Shown here: positions 9,319 through 17,878 of the stretch, piece by piece
Layout: each line of letters starts with the position of its first letter
Position numbering within the stretch: the first letter of the stretch is position 1
DNA from: a virus
Virus record (IMG/VR): IMGVR_UViG_3300022927_000015
Location: 1 to 64,000 of that record
Reading direction: 5' to 3' (one strand)
DNA length: 64,000 nucleotides
The notes under the pieces: model-generated
The model's database searches: none
What the model saw: only the letters and a program-made list of their open reading frames with translations
Told to the model about the DNA's origin: nothing
Translations under genes and position numbers: made by a program

Positions 9319-10716
9319 TTATCCCATTGAAGATTGTAACGCCCCAACCATAGCACCGTAATCTCCGCTATACTTAGATTTTAAACCGTCAATAACTTCT
9401 TTTGCTTTGGCTTCATCAAAATCATCGCCGTGAGCATTTTTTAGAATTTCAGTTGCATATTCTTCAAATTCCTTATCAGACTTAATTTCTTTTTCTGATA
9501 CTTTAGCTTCTTCAACAGTTTCCTCTTCTTCAGCTTCTACTTCTTCTTCTTCCTTTACAACAACAGTACCTTGTACATCGGCTTCATCTTTTGCAGTTTC
9601 TGGTGCAGTGGTAATGTTTTGGTCTTTAGTAACCAATTCTTCACCCTTTGAATCAGGCTCTTCTTCAGGCTTACCCATATCCATAATATCACCTGCAATA
9701 CCTGCGGCTGATTCAGGACCGTCACCTTTTGCAACCTTAATCACAATGCCGTTTTGATCAGCCGTTTCATCTTTTAATTCAGGACCGTTATCAACTTCTT
9801 CAGTAACCTCATCTTCATCAGATTCTTCTACCTCTTCGTCTTCTTTAGAACCGTATGCTTCATTAACAAATTTAGAGAAAGACATAATTCTTGATTCGTC
9901 TTTCTTGTGATGCATATCCTCATCCTCTAATTCGTCTTCTTCTTCCTTATCATCAGCAGCATCTTTTTTCAAATCTTCTATATGAGCATAGTCATCTTTT
10001 GCTGCGTCTTTATCATGTTCAATTTCTTCTTCTTCATCTTCTTCAGCTAACGGATCAGCAGAAGCAGCAATAGGAGCAGCGTAATCTTCTGGCTCCTCAT
10101 CATCATCATGATACTTAACATTCTTATTAACAGTAACTTCCTTTTCTTTAATGAAATCTTCAAATGCCATTATTCTACGAGTAGCAGCAGGAGTATCTTC
10201 TTCCTCTTCTACATCAATACCTGATTCTTCGTCATCACCTTCAGCAGGTACTTCATCAGTAACAGGTTGATCATCAGTAACATTTTCACCGGCTTCATCT
10301 TCAACGTCTTTAGGTTCTCCTATTGCATTTACTTCATCCTCGATGTCTTCAGCAGTATCTTCTTCAACTTCATCCTCTTCGGCAACTTCGCCGGTTCCAC
10401 CTACTTCTTTATCTTCTTCTTTTTCGCCTTCTTCGCCTTCTAATGATTTAGGTTCGCCTTTGGCTTTGCTTTCATCTTCAATATCCTCTGCTCTATCTTC
10501 TTCAATTTCATCTTCAGATATATCTTGCTTTGGAGTAAAGTCTTTTAGTAATGCTTCTAATTTAGACAAAAGATTCTTTTCTTTCTTTAATTCTTCGACA
10601 CTTTCGTAACCCATCTTTTTAACAAGATCCATTACGGCGTCTTGATTGACTTTAGCAGATTCATTAAGCGAATCAGTTGCCGTAGCAATCGTTGAAAACT
10701 TTTTGATTGGTTTCAT
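9319..10716 (-). CDS. Highly acidic protein, putative prohead core/internal head protein
   Basis: Extremely D/E-rich 465 aa with internal duplications (EDEIEEDRAEDIEDE..GEPK / EDEVEEDTAEDIEDE..GEPK) and CTS-like motifs. Confidence 0.5.
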   Translation of the reverse strand: MKPIKKFSTIATATDSLNESAKVNQDAVMDLVKKMGYESVEELKKEKNLLSKLEALLKDFTPKQDISEDEIEEDRAEDIEDESKAKGEPKSLEGEEGEKEEDKEVGGTGEVAEEDEVEEDTAEDIEDEVNAIGEPKDVEDEAGENVTDDQPVTDEVPAEGDDEESGIDVEEEEDTPAATRRIMAFEDFIKEKEVTVNKNVKYHDDDEEPEDYAAPIAASADPLAEEDEEEEIEHDKDAAKDDYAHIEDLKKDAADDKEEEDELEDEDMHHKKDESRIMSFSKFVNEAYGSKEDEEVEESDEDEVTEEVDNGPELKDETADQNGIVIKVAKGDGPESAAGIAGDIMDMGKPEEEPDSKGEELVTKDQNITTAPETAKDEADVQGTVVVKEEEEVEAEEEETVEEAKVSEKEIKSDKEFEEYATEILKNAHGDDFDEAKAKEVIDGLKSKYSGDYGAMVGALQSSMG

Positions 10717-10780
10717 GTTAATTTATCTTTTTTTGATTCTTTTTTTATATATCCATGTCCCATGTGAAAGATATTCTATA

Positions 10781-12283
10781 TTAGAATCTAACATTCTGAA
10801 CTTCAAATGGGAATTTTTCTTCTTTATATATTTTTCGGCGTTCCATACCATGACGATAAATGTAATTCATCCAATCATGGTCATCAGCTTTATATCTAAA
10901 GTCATCAATAAAATCATAAATCTTAACAGTATCTTTAGATGCATGCTTTCTTAATCCACGACCAATTGACTGTCTGATAATGACTTCAGATTTAAATGAC
11001 TCGGTAAAAAATATGTTATGTATGTTTTTAATAGAAATACCTGTAGAGAATGTTCCGTATGAAGCTACAATAATAACATCATCATTCTTTTCCATTCTGC
11101 TTTTAAACTCTTCTCTAAAATCAGACTTTACTGAACCATCTACATAATAGACCTTTTTATCGGTTATAGTTCTAAGCTTTTGATATATCTTTTCACCGTA
11201 TGCTATTTTATGGAATAGCACTAATGAGTTGGATGTTGACTTTTTAATTACTTGGCAAATAAAGTCTAATCTTTTTTCACTTTCATTAATAAAGTTCTGT
11301 TCTAGACTAAACAGTTTTTGTCTATCATAAGGGTTTTTAGATAGAGATGAAAATGCTTCCTTTTGCGCATCGGTTGCATATTCCATGTGGATTTGTAGTA
11401 CTTTACATTTTGCAATATAACCTTCATCTTGTAAATGAGCGGCTTTTACTTGAGTAACTAAAGGGCCCATTGCTGACATTAAACTTAGCCTATTAACAGT
11501 TCCTCTTTTAGGAATAGTTCCACTAAGACCAAATCTATAATCACAATGCCAGCACATATCCATAATCTTTTGGATTGAATTTGCTTTGGCTTTATGAGTC
11601 TCATCTACAAAGACCGCATCAAATTGGCTAAAGTATTCTTCATCCTTTTTGGTCAATGACTGATATGTACCAATTACAACATTAGAACTTTTTCGTATCT
11701 TAACGCCTGCGTATATCTGTTGAATCTTAATAGGTACCCTACCTTTATTGTATTCTTCAAAATCACCAGTTGCCTGTACAACCAAACTAACATTAGGCAC
11801 AATCATTAAGATTTTCTTTTTACCTAACTGTTCCATCATGTAAGCAACAACCATAAAAGAGATAAGGGTTTTACCTGCAGATGTAGCTAATTCAGCAAGG
11901 CATCTTCTATACTTAAGAATTTTTAACGCGGCATCAATTTGATAGTCTCGTGGTTTAATATCAGAGTTCTTAAAAAAGTCATCAACCCATTCCCTAAAGA
12001 CATCCTCAGTAATAGAAGTATCAAAGATATCAGTTATTCCATTTAAGGTAAACTGGTAATCATATTCTTTACAAATATCAATAACTTCTTTCCATAAACC
12101 TGCAGGAATTTTATTTCTTTTTATGAATGAGATATTTCCATCCCAAACTTTCTTTTTGACTAATGGGTGGAATCTCCATCCTTCAATCTTCTTTGTAAGA
12201 CTAGATTTTAACTGCTCATATTCCATCTCGGTACATGAGTCAATTACTAAAAACTTTTTATTTTCTGATAACGAAAGTTCCAT
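10781..12283 (-). CDS. uvsW: UvsW-like SF2 DNA helicase
   Basis: PRDYQ, ATSAGKT, DETH, GLSGT, SYGTFSTGISIKNIHN, QSIGRGLR. Confidence 0.93.
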   Translation of the reverse strand: MELSLSENKKFLVIDSCTEMEYEQLKSSLTKKIEGWRFHPLVKKKVWDGNISFIKRNKIPAGLWKEVIDICKEYDYQFTLNGITDIFDTSITEDVFREWVDDFFKNSDIKPRDYQIDAALKILKYRRCLAELATSAGKTLISFMVVAYMMEQLGKKKILMIVPNVSLVVQATGDFEEYNKGRVPIKIQQIYAGVKIRKSSNVVIGTYQSLTKKDEEYFSQFDAVFVDETHKAKANSIQKIMDMCWHCDYRFGLSGTIPKRGTVNRLSLMSAMGPLVTQVKAAHLQDEGYIAKCKVLQIHMEYATDAQKEAFSSLSKNPYDRQKLFSLEQNFINESEKRLDFICQVIKKSTSNSLVLFHKIAYGEKIYQKLRTITDKKVYYVDGSVKSDFREEFKSRMEKNDDVIIVASYGTFSTGISIKNIHNIFFTESFKSEVIIRQSIGRGLRKHASKDTVKIYDFIDDFRYKADDHDWMNYIYRHGMERRKIYKEEKFPFEVQNVRF

Positions 12284-12732
12284 TAAAATTCTTTATCATC
12301 TAAGCTAATACGATTCCTAATAGCAAAGGCCATATTATCCAGCGTTTTGATACATTCATAGTAATAATCAATATGAGATTGTAACATGTCTATTTGGGTC
12401 CTAAGCGAGGCTAAGTCTGCTTTAATGAATTGATTTTTTTCACCGTTGGTTAGCTTAATATCATAGTTAACAGAATATTCTCTATACTGTGATTTGTAAT
12501 ACTTATCCCAAGTAGCGTTTCTTTTATATATTGTTGTCTTAAAATCAGTAACCTTATCTAAGAGTATCTGTCTATAAGATAGCATTCTTACTTGGCATTC
12601 TGATAATTCGTTCATGTTTTTAAGCTTACTTACAAGATCTTTGATCTTTTCTTTCCAATCTTCACGATCTTTAGTTAGTCTTTGTTCTAACTGTTCGTTA
12701 GCTTCTTTAATTTGTGTATCGTCAAATGCCAT
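12283..12732 (-). CDS. uvsY: UvsY-like recombination mediator
   Basis: Helical 149 aa ending ...IKTLDNMAFAIRNRI; adjacent to uvsW as in T4-like phages. Confidence 0.7.
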   Translation of the reverse strand: MAFDDTQIKEANEQLEQRLTKDREDWKEKIKDLVSKLKNMNELSECQVRMLSYRQILLDKVTDFKTTIYKRNATWDKYYKSQYREYSVNYDIKLTNGEKNQFIKADLASLRTQIDMLQSHIDYYYECIKTLDNMAFAIRNRISLDDKEF

Positions 12733-12947
12733 TAAAATATACCTTTATCGTTGTTAGTCTTTTTATAATTCTTAATCTTAGGTTGAAACTTTTTCTTAGG
12801 CTCAGGTAATGTAAAGCTAGTATCAAATGAATCTACTTTCATCTTACCAAATTTAGTAAAGAGTTTAAGTTTCTTTTTTGAAGTTTCAAAGTCTTTGTAA
12901 AAATCATCAAATTGTTCAGTCACAAATTCATTATAATTTTTTATCAT
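12732..12947 (-). CDS. Small hypothetical protein with CTS-like N-terminus
   Basis: 71 aa ORF overlapping both neighbours by 1-4 nt; begins MIKNYNEFVTE. Confidence 0.6.
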   Translation of the reverse strand: MIKNYNEFVTEQFDDFYKDFETSKKKLKLFTKFGKMKVDSFDTSFTLPEPKKKFQPKIKNYKKTNNDKGIF

Positions 12948-14020
12948 ACGAAAATTAAATCTAAATGATTATTTGTAAAATATTTATCCAACTGACTTAG
13001 ACACCCAGTTCTATGTTTGTATTCATACATAACCAGATCGTTTAAGTCTTTAACCTTTTTTGATGGTATTCTAAAATCCTTTAAAAACTTATCCCACATA
13101 AAGACAGTATTACCTGACTTTAGTTTTTCAATCATTCTTGTCTTTCCTTCTATATCATTATCAAAGAAATACCTAACTGTTGGAATATCATTAAAATCCA
13201 GTATTTGCTTTTTTACACCGGTTAAACCGATTGTGTTTGTCATAAACATAGCATCTATAGGACCTTCAAATACAGTAAAGTCTCTACTCATATCTGCAGT
13301 AAGAATTCCAAAGATCATAGATATCTTATTTAGAGAATCCATTTCTTCTTCAGATACATTAAGTGGTTTTTTAAGCCTATCATAAATCCTTTCAATATTC
13401 CAGGTTTTATATTTAGGACCACCACCCTCTCCTGATAAATCCCTAGTCTGAAAACCTATAATCTTATTATCAGAAGTTAAGTTAAAAACATACAGCTCCT
13501 TTCGTCTAGGATCATACCCAAAGTATTCTGTTTTATGATGAAGTAATCTACTCTTAAGATAAGGATATGCTCTGTAGGTAAGAGAGTTAATTGGATAGAC
13601 ATTAAAGCCTAATGCAATTTCATCAAATGTTAATGAGAGATCTTTAATTTTTTCAAAGAGATGAAATTCTAAAGTTTCACCTAATGAGAAGCTTTTTCGG
13701 TTTTCTTTAATGAAGTTTAAAACATCAATACGGTCTTCTCCTTCAAAATTTAAATTATGATCCTTTAGAAAAACATCTAAACTTACATGAGCTGAGCAGT
13801 TGTAACAGTGAATGTATAAATCATTCCAATAAAGGTTACCTCTTTTCTTTCTTTCATTATCAGTAGAATCACCACAGTAAGGGCATGCAAAATTTAAACG
13901 TTCTCTTCCCTCTAAGACTCTTCTTTTTTCAGGATGAGAATGGGTTTGATGAAGAACTCGGACTACCTTATCGATAATCCGAGCCTTCATCTCAGAAGAT
14001 ATTACTCCTTCTGTTCCCAT
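12944..14020 (-). CDS. gp61: DNA primase (T4 gp61-like)
   Basis: Zn finger CPYCGD...HCYNC; TOPRIM motifs VFEGPIDA and FFDND; KDLND. Confidence 0.9.
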   Translation of the reverse strand: MGTEGVISSEMKARIIDKVVRVLHQTHSHPEKRRVLEGRERLNFACPYCGDSTDNERKKRGNLYWNDLYIHCYNCSAHVSLDVFLKDHNLNFEGEDRIDVLNFIKENRKSFSLGETLEFHLFEKIKDLSLTFDEIALGFNVYPINSLTYRAYPYLKSRLLHHKTEYFGYDPRRKELYVFNLTSDNKIIGFQTRDLSGEGGGPKYKTWNIERIYDRLKKPLNVSEEEMDSLNKISMIFGILTADMSRDFTVFEGPIDAMFMTNTIGLTGVKKQILDFNDIPTVRYFFDNDIEGKTRMIEKLKSGNTVFMWDKFLKDFRIPSKKVKDLNDLVMYEYKHRTGCLSQLDKYFTNNHLDLIFV

Positions 14021-14024
14021 AGGA

Positions 14025-14924
14025 TTAAAGATCTAATCCGTTAATGAAATCATCAAAGTCATCTCCACCTGAAGAGCTTTCGGTAGATGAAGCAGTTTCG
14101 GTTACAGCTTCAGCAGCCTTTTCAGCCTTCTTAGGTTCAGGTGCAGCTTGTGGTTTGGTAACAGTTTCAATAGCCTCACCTGGATTACTGAACTGAGAAA
14201 GAACGTTCATAACTTTAGTTCTCTGTTCATCATTCCATGGTCGGTAATCGAAGTTAGCCAATTCAGGTGCATCCTTAACATAATCCAAAATTGCAGTTCT
14301 CCCTGCGTCATCAGCGGTTACAGATTCTCCGTTGATTGTCATAGCAGAACGAGAGCCTTGGAATTTACATGAATCGTAGTTAGGATAACCACCTTTCTTA
14401 GAAATAATCAATTCAAAGTTCTTACCTTCGAATGGATCAAACACTTGTGTAGGTTCATCAAACTGTGGGTTAAGTTCCTCATCAATTTTAGCTTTAATTT
14501 TGTAGCCAAATTTCATTACTTTAATTTGACCTTCAAGCTCCTTGTTTTGTGGATCTTTAACAATTTGTACCAGTGCGTAAAATACTTCTCTACGCTTAAG
14601 TCCCTCTGACATCTTTTTATCTACAGCCGATTCAGAGTTTCTAAGTTTGAAGAACATATCCTGTACCGGACATTTGTCTCCAACGGTAGATGGTGAATCT
14701 GCGTAGAATCCGTTGCCATCTCGGTCTTCTAACCAATAGACATACTTACGAACGAAAGGTTTGCGTGGATTTTTTACGTTAGGTAGAAACCTAATTAATG
14801 AACGGTAGGTACCGTCTTGTCCCTGATCGGGTTTTGGTGAATACAGATCGCTACTTGGTGCGGGTCTGTCTCCAGTGTCAAGGTCATTGACGCTTACACT
14901 GAAAATGTCGAATTCATTTGCCAT
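14025..14924 (-). CDS. gp32: Single-stranded DNA-binding protein (T4 gp32-like)
   Basis: IRFLP, CPV, FDPFEGKNF, NYD.CKF and acidic tail DDFDDFINGLDL. Confidence 0.9.
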   Translation of the reverse strand: MANEFDIFSVSVNDLDTGDRPAPSSDLYSPKPDQGQDGTYRSLIRFLPNVKNPRKPFVRKYVYWLEDRDGNGFYADSPSTVGDKCPVQDMFFKLRNSESAVDKKMSEGLKRREVFYALVQIVKDPQNKELEGQIKVMKFGYKIKAKIDEELNPQFDEPTQVFDPFEGKNFELIISKKGGYPNYDSCKFQGSRSAMTINGESVTADDAGRTAILDYVKDAPELANFDYRPWNDEQRTKVMNVLSQFSNPGEAIETVTKPQAAPEPKKAEKAAEAVTETASSTESSSGGDDFDDFINGLDL

Positions 14925-15033
14925 TTTAATTGCCTTTTTTTAAGTTTTACTTTTTGTTAATTTAAAAGCCATAACTTAGCATTGCCTATTTGCGTGCCCG
15001 GGAATTGCCAATATACTTTGCCTTGTTAGTGCC
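14919..15033 (-). repeat. Periodic GGCA repeats in the gp32 leader
   Basis: TGCC on the plus strand at 14919, 14931, 14983, 14995, 15006, 15019 and 15030. Confidence 0.65.
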
Positions 15034-15069
15034 AGTTTAAAAGTCCCTGAATAATCAGTTCCTTTGTTA

Positions 15070-15099
15070 TTTATATATTCATATCTATACTTAGTTTCA
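15070..15099 (-). promoter_or_regulatory. Bipartite promoter TGAAACTAAGT-N8-GAATATATAAA upstream of gp32
   Basis: Exact 11-mer shared with 16152 and 62957, followed by the recurrent GAATATATAA motif. Confidence 0.6.
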
Positions 15100-15116
15100 C
15101 ACTAACAAGAAAAAAA

Positions 15117-15875
15117 TTAAAAATGCCAAATCCCATCACCGTCTCCTTTAAACGCTAATATTTTCCAATCTAAATCAGTTGATACTATCTCATTTTTCCA
15201 GAGCCAGTATCTAATGATCCTTTCATTACTTTTAGAAGTATTCTGTGTGTTATCTTTAATGTATTCCCAAAACTCTATAAAATCATTAAGTCTATTAATA
15301 CCAAAAGAAAAACAAAAACTCGCAGTCCAATTCATTTCATATTCTGTCTGACCAGGCAACATCATATCAGGATAAGCTAGTATTGTATCATATGGATTAT
15401 CATAATCCCATATTCTCTTAAAGTAAACTCCATCTTTATCATTTAAACCACTACCACAATTATCGCTTAAGTTATATCTACCTGATAGTTTTGTCACAAA
15501 GTCGTATTCCTTTAGTTTATGGCTATAATGATTTAAGAATGTAGAATATAAGACAGCTTCGCAGTGTGATTTATTATGATGTGTATTTATAACCTTGGCG
15601 GCATCTTTATTTAAGTTTTCAATTCTTATACATTCTAAATCTTTATATCCCCAGATATTTATTATAAAAGACAAATGAAGATCAGCAGAAGATTCTTTTA
15701 ATGATCCATCTACTAAATAAACCTTTGCATTTGGATACAGTAAGTAAACTGAATTTATTGCTAATAAAGTCTCTACCATTCTTTCTTTATCAGTTTGAGT
15801 ACTCCTGGTATCCATGTAATCAAATCTCCCTTTACTAGGTGAGACTACAGATCCTATTATAAATACATGTTTCAT
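15117..15875 (-). CDS. Putative glycosyltransferase-like protein
   Basis: 252 aa; KVYLVDGS and FVTKLSGRY resemble GT-A-like phage proteins. Confidence 0.45.
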   Translation of the reverse strand: MKHVFIIGSVVSPSKGRFDYMDTRSTQTDKERMVETLLAINSVYLLYPNAKVYLVDGSLKESSADLHLSFIINIWGYKDLECIRIENLNKDAAKVINTHHNKSHCEAVLYSTFLNHYSHKLKEYDFVTKLSGRYNLSDNCGSGLNDKDGVYFKRIWDYDNPYDTILAYPDMMLPGQTEYEMNWTASFCFSFGINRLNDFIEFWEYIKDNTQNTSKSNERIIRYWLWKNEIVSTDLDWKILAFKGDGDGIWHF

Positions 15876-16144
15876 GAATCAAGAATAATTGCAGTTATAT
15901 CATTCTCACGGATACTGAAAATCTTTTCTCCATTAAACTCAAATTCAGTTCCTGCCATGTCATGAAAGAATACTTTAACACCTACTTTAAAATCACTATC
16001 CTTAACCTCATCGCCTACTGAAATGATTGTACCTGAATACGGTGGAGCATACTGCCCTTCGGTTTTTGGCATGTATATACTTCCGATTTTTTCAGGTTGT
16101 TCATCTTTTTTAAGAAATATTCTATTTTTTATTGCCTTTACCAT
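15872..16144 (-). CDS. groES: GroES-like co-chaperonin
   Basis: KAIKNRIFLK...GSIYMP...GTIISVG...KVGVKVFF...GTEFEFNGEKIFSIRENDI. Confidence 0.9.
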   Translation of the reverse strand: MVKAIKNRIFLKKDEQPEKIGSIYMPKTEGQYAPPYSGTIISVGDEVKDSDFKVGVKVFFHDMAGTEFEFNGEKIFSIRENDITAIILDS

Positions 16145-16151
16145 GATTTTC

Positions 16152-16181
16152 TGAAACTAAGTTCTAAACTCTATATATAAA
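16152..16181 (+). promoter_or_regulatory. Bipartite promoter-like element TGAAACTAAGT-N8-CTATATATAAA on the plus strand, with no downstream ORF
   Basis: Same 11-mer and spacing as the element upstream of gp32, in the opposite orientation. Confidence 0.45.
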
Positions 16182-16273
16182 ATTTAACTGATTGATTGAA
16201 AGAAAAGTATCTATTTACTAGCATTTAAGTATTATGTGGTTTTAGGATTGTGGATTGTAAGTATACTGTGATC

Positions 16274-16933
16274 TCATCCTTTTTCTTTATTTGCATTTAA
16301 AATAAAATACGCATCTATTAAATCATCCAAAGGCTTGGGGATCTTTTCTGAAAAGTCTTTACCTTGAGTCCACTTCCACAATTCAGTTTTTCTCAGGTTC
16401 TTATCATTAAGTACATCATCTTGAAATGCCTTAGCCATATAGTGCTTGTTTGCATTACCTTTACCTGCTAGCTTTTTAATATGAGAAGGTTGGTAAATTG
16501 ATATCTTATTGACACCCCATGCATTAACTAGCCTATTTCTTAAGAATGTGTTATACTGTACAATGTCAATAAATGAATTACCTTTAGAACCGTAAGAGAA
16601 CCCTTCAAGAGAAACTTTATGTGAGTCTGTTCCAAAGAGTGTTATTAAGATATTTCCAATAAGATCGGCTATAGATTGACCGTCTGTCATTTTCTCTCGT
16701 TCTCTAAGTAAAAAATCCTTACTTGCTACATGCCTATAATAAGGAAAGCCTATTATGGTTTTACTGTCCATCAATTCTTTATGAACTGAAAATGCTTTAG
16801 GTATTTTACGGCCTTCTTCATCCCAGATACGATTACCGTAATTAAAGAAAGTTATAAACTTATATTCACCTTGATGGTTCTGTACACAAACACCTGGGCT
16901 ATTGAGAGAAAAATCAATTCCTGTATAAATCAC
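16274..16933 (-). CDS. RuvC-like Holliday junction resolvase
   Basis: IYTGIDFSLNSPG, LEGFSY, PSHIKKLAGKGNANK, DDLIDAY. Confidence 0.8.
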   Translation of the reverse strand: MIYTGIDFSLNSPGVCVQNHQGEYKFITFFNYGNRIWDEEGRKIPKAFSVHKELMDSKTIIGFPYYRHVASKDFLLREREKMTDGQSIADLIGNILITLFGTDSHKVSLEGFSYGSKGNSFIDIVQYNTFLRNRLVNAWGVNKISIYQPSHIKKLAGKGNANKHYMAKAFQDDVLNDKNLRKTELWKWTQGKDFSEKIPKPLDDLIDAYFILNANKEKG

Positions 16934-16943
16934 TTAGATAAGA

Positions 16944-17294
16944 TTAAAGTCTCTTACCAAGAACCGCACCTAATGCAGCTCCTACTAATCGACTGGTTAG
17001 AAGATCATATAGAGCACCCTTCTCAATTCCTAATACTTTAGCAATTGCTTTACCTACCGCCTTTCCTAAAGCAAAACCAGTAAGACCACCTAATACTGAA
17101 CCTAAGATACCCTCATTAACAACTTCTTCCATTACTTCTTCAAGATCACGACCACTTTCATGTTCTTTCATTATGCGATCAACCGCTTCATCGATTGCAG
17201 CTTCCTGCTCGTGGGTTAATGATTCGTTTAACAAAGCCTCAATATCTACTGAGTCATTATGGTTTTCGGTAAGGTAATCTTTAAATGTTTTCAT
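16944..17294 (-). CDS. Small protein with CTS-like N-terminus and C-terminal glycine-zipper hydrophobic helices
   Basis: MKTFKDYLTE...; GILGSVLGGLTGFALGKAVG...LVGAALGAVLG. Confidence 0.7.
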   Translation of the reverse strand: MKTFKDYLTENHNDSVDIEALLNESLTHEQEAAIDEAVDRIMKEHESGRDLEEVMEEVVNEGILGSVLGGLTGFALGKAVGKAIAKVLGIEKGALYDLLTSRLVGAALGAVLGKRL

Positions 17295-17320
17295 TGTACT
17301 CTATTTCCTTTGTTTATATA

Positions 17321-17875
17321 TTAGGTAAGATTAACTGCTATATTAAGTATGTTATATGTGAAGTTAATATCAAAGGTTTGGAATTCTACTGTATTGCTTG
17401 AAAAGTTTAAATCTAATGCACTTACACCGGTCATTATCATATCTTTTAGCTGAACGGTAACAAAAATATTTCCTTCGCCGTCTAACATTTGCAAACCTAC
17501 ACCTTCTGGTACGAACGGATCTTTACCTGATAGCTTATAGTAATAGTCAAAAGTTTCAACAGCCATCCAATAATTTATCCACCCATCAAATGCTTGCATG
17601 GTAACAGTTAAAGTTTTATCAAATAGCTCTTGTGTAGGTAAGCTACTTCTAAAGCTCCTAGTATTACCTGGGAAGTCATTTTGTGTAACAGGATCAAAAG
17701 ATGGGCCTGGTAAATTCATTGACTGTATTCCGTAATTAAAATAGTCAATAGGTTCCTTTATAAGACCACCAGGTATCCTATTTAGATAAGGCCTATACTT
17801 ATTTGAAATTTCCTTTGGAATAAAAGTTCTAGGAAACTCAAACCTAAATTGATTATTTCTTGCGCTTAATATCAT
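17321..17875 (-). CDS. Tail tube-fold protein (gp3 tail terminator / gp19-like)
   Basis: IQSMNLPG, FDKTLTVT, LDLNFS...FDINFTY pattern typical of the tube fold. Confidence 0.55.
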   Translation of the reverse strand: MILSARNNQFRFEFPRTFIPKEISNKYRPYLNRIPGGLIKEPIDYFNYGIQSMNLPGPSFDPVTQNDFPGNTRSFRSSLPTQELFDKTLTVTMQAFDGWINYWMAVETFDYYYKLSGKDPFVPEGVGLQMLDGEGNIFVTVQLKDMIMTGVSALDLNFSSNTVEFQTFDINFTYNILNIAVNLT

Positions 17876-17878
17876 ATC

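Noticed and set aside
10781-14020. Introns or inteins in the helicase or primase (also checked in the DNA ligase)
   Set aside because: Protein lengths and motif spacing are normal; no LAGLIDADG/HNH or intein terminal motifs seen.
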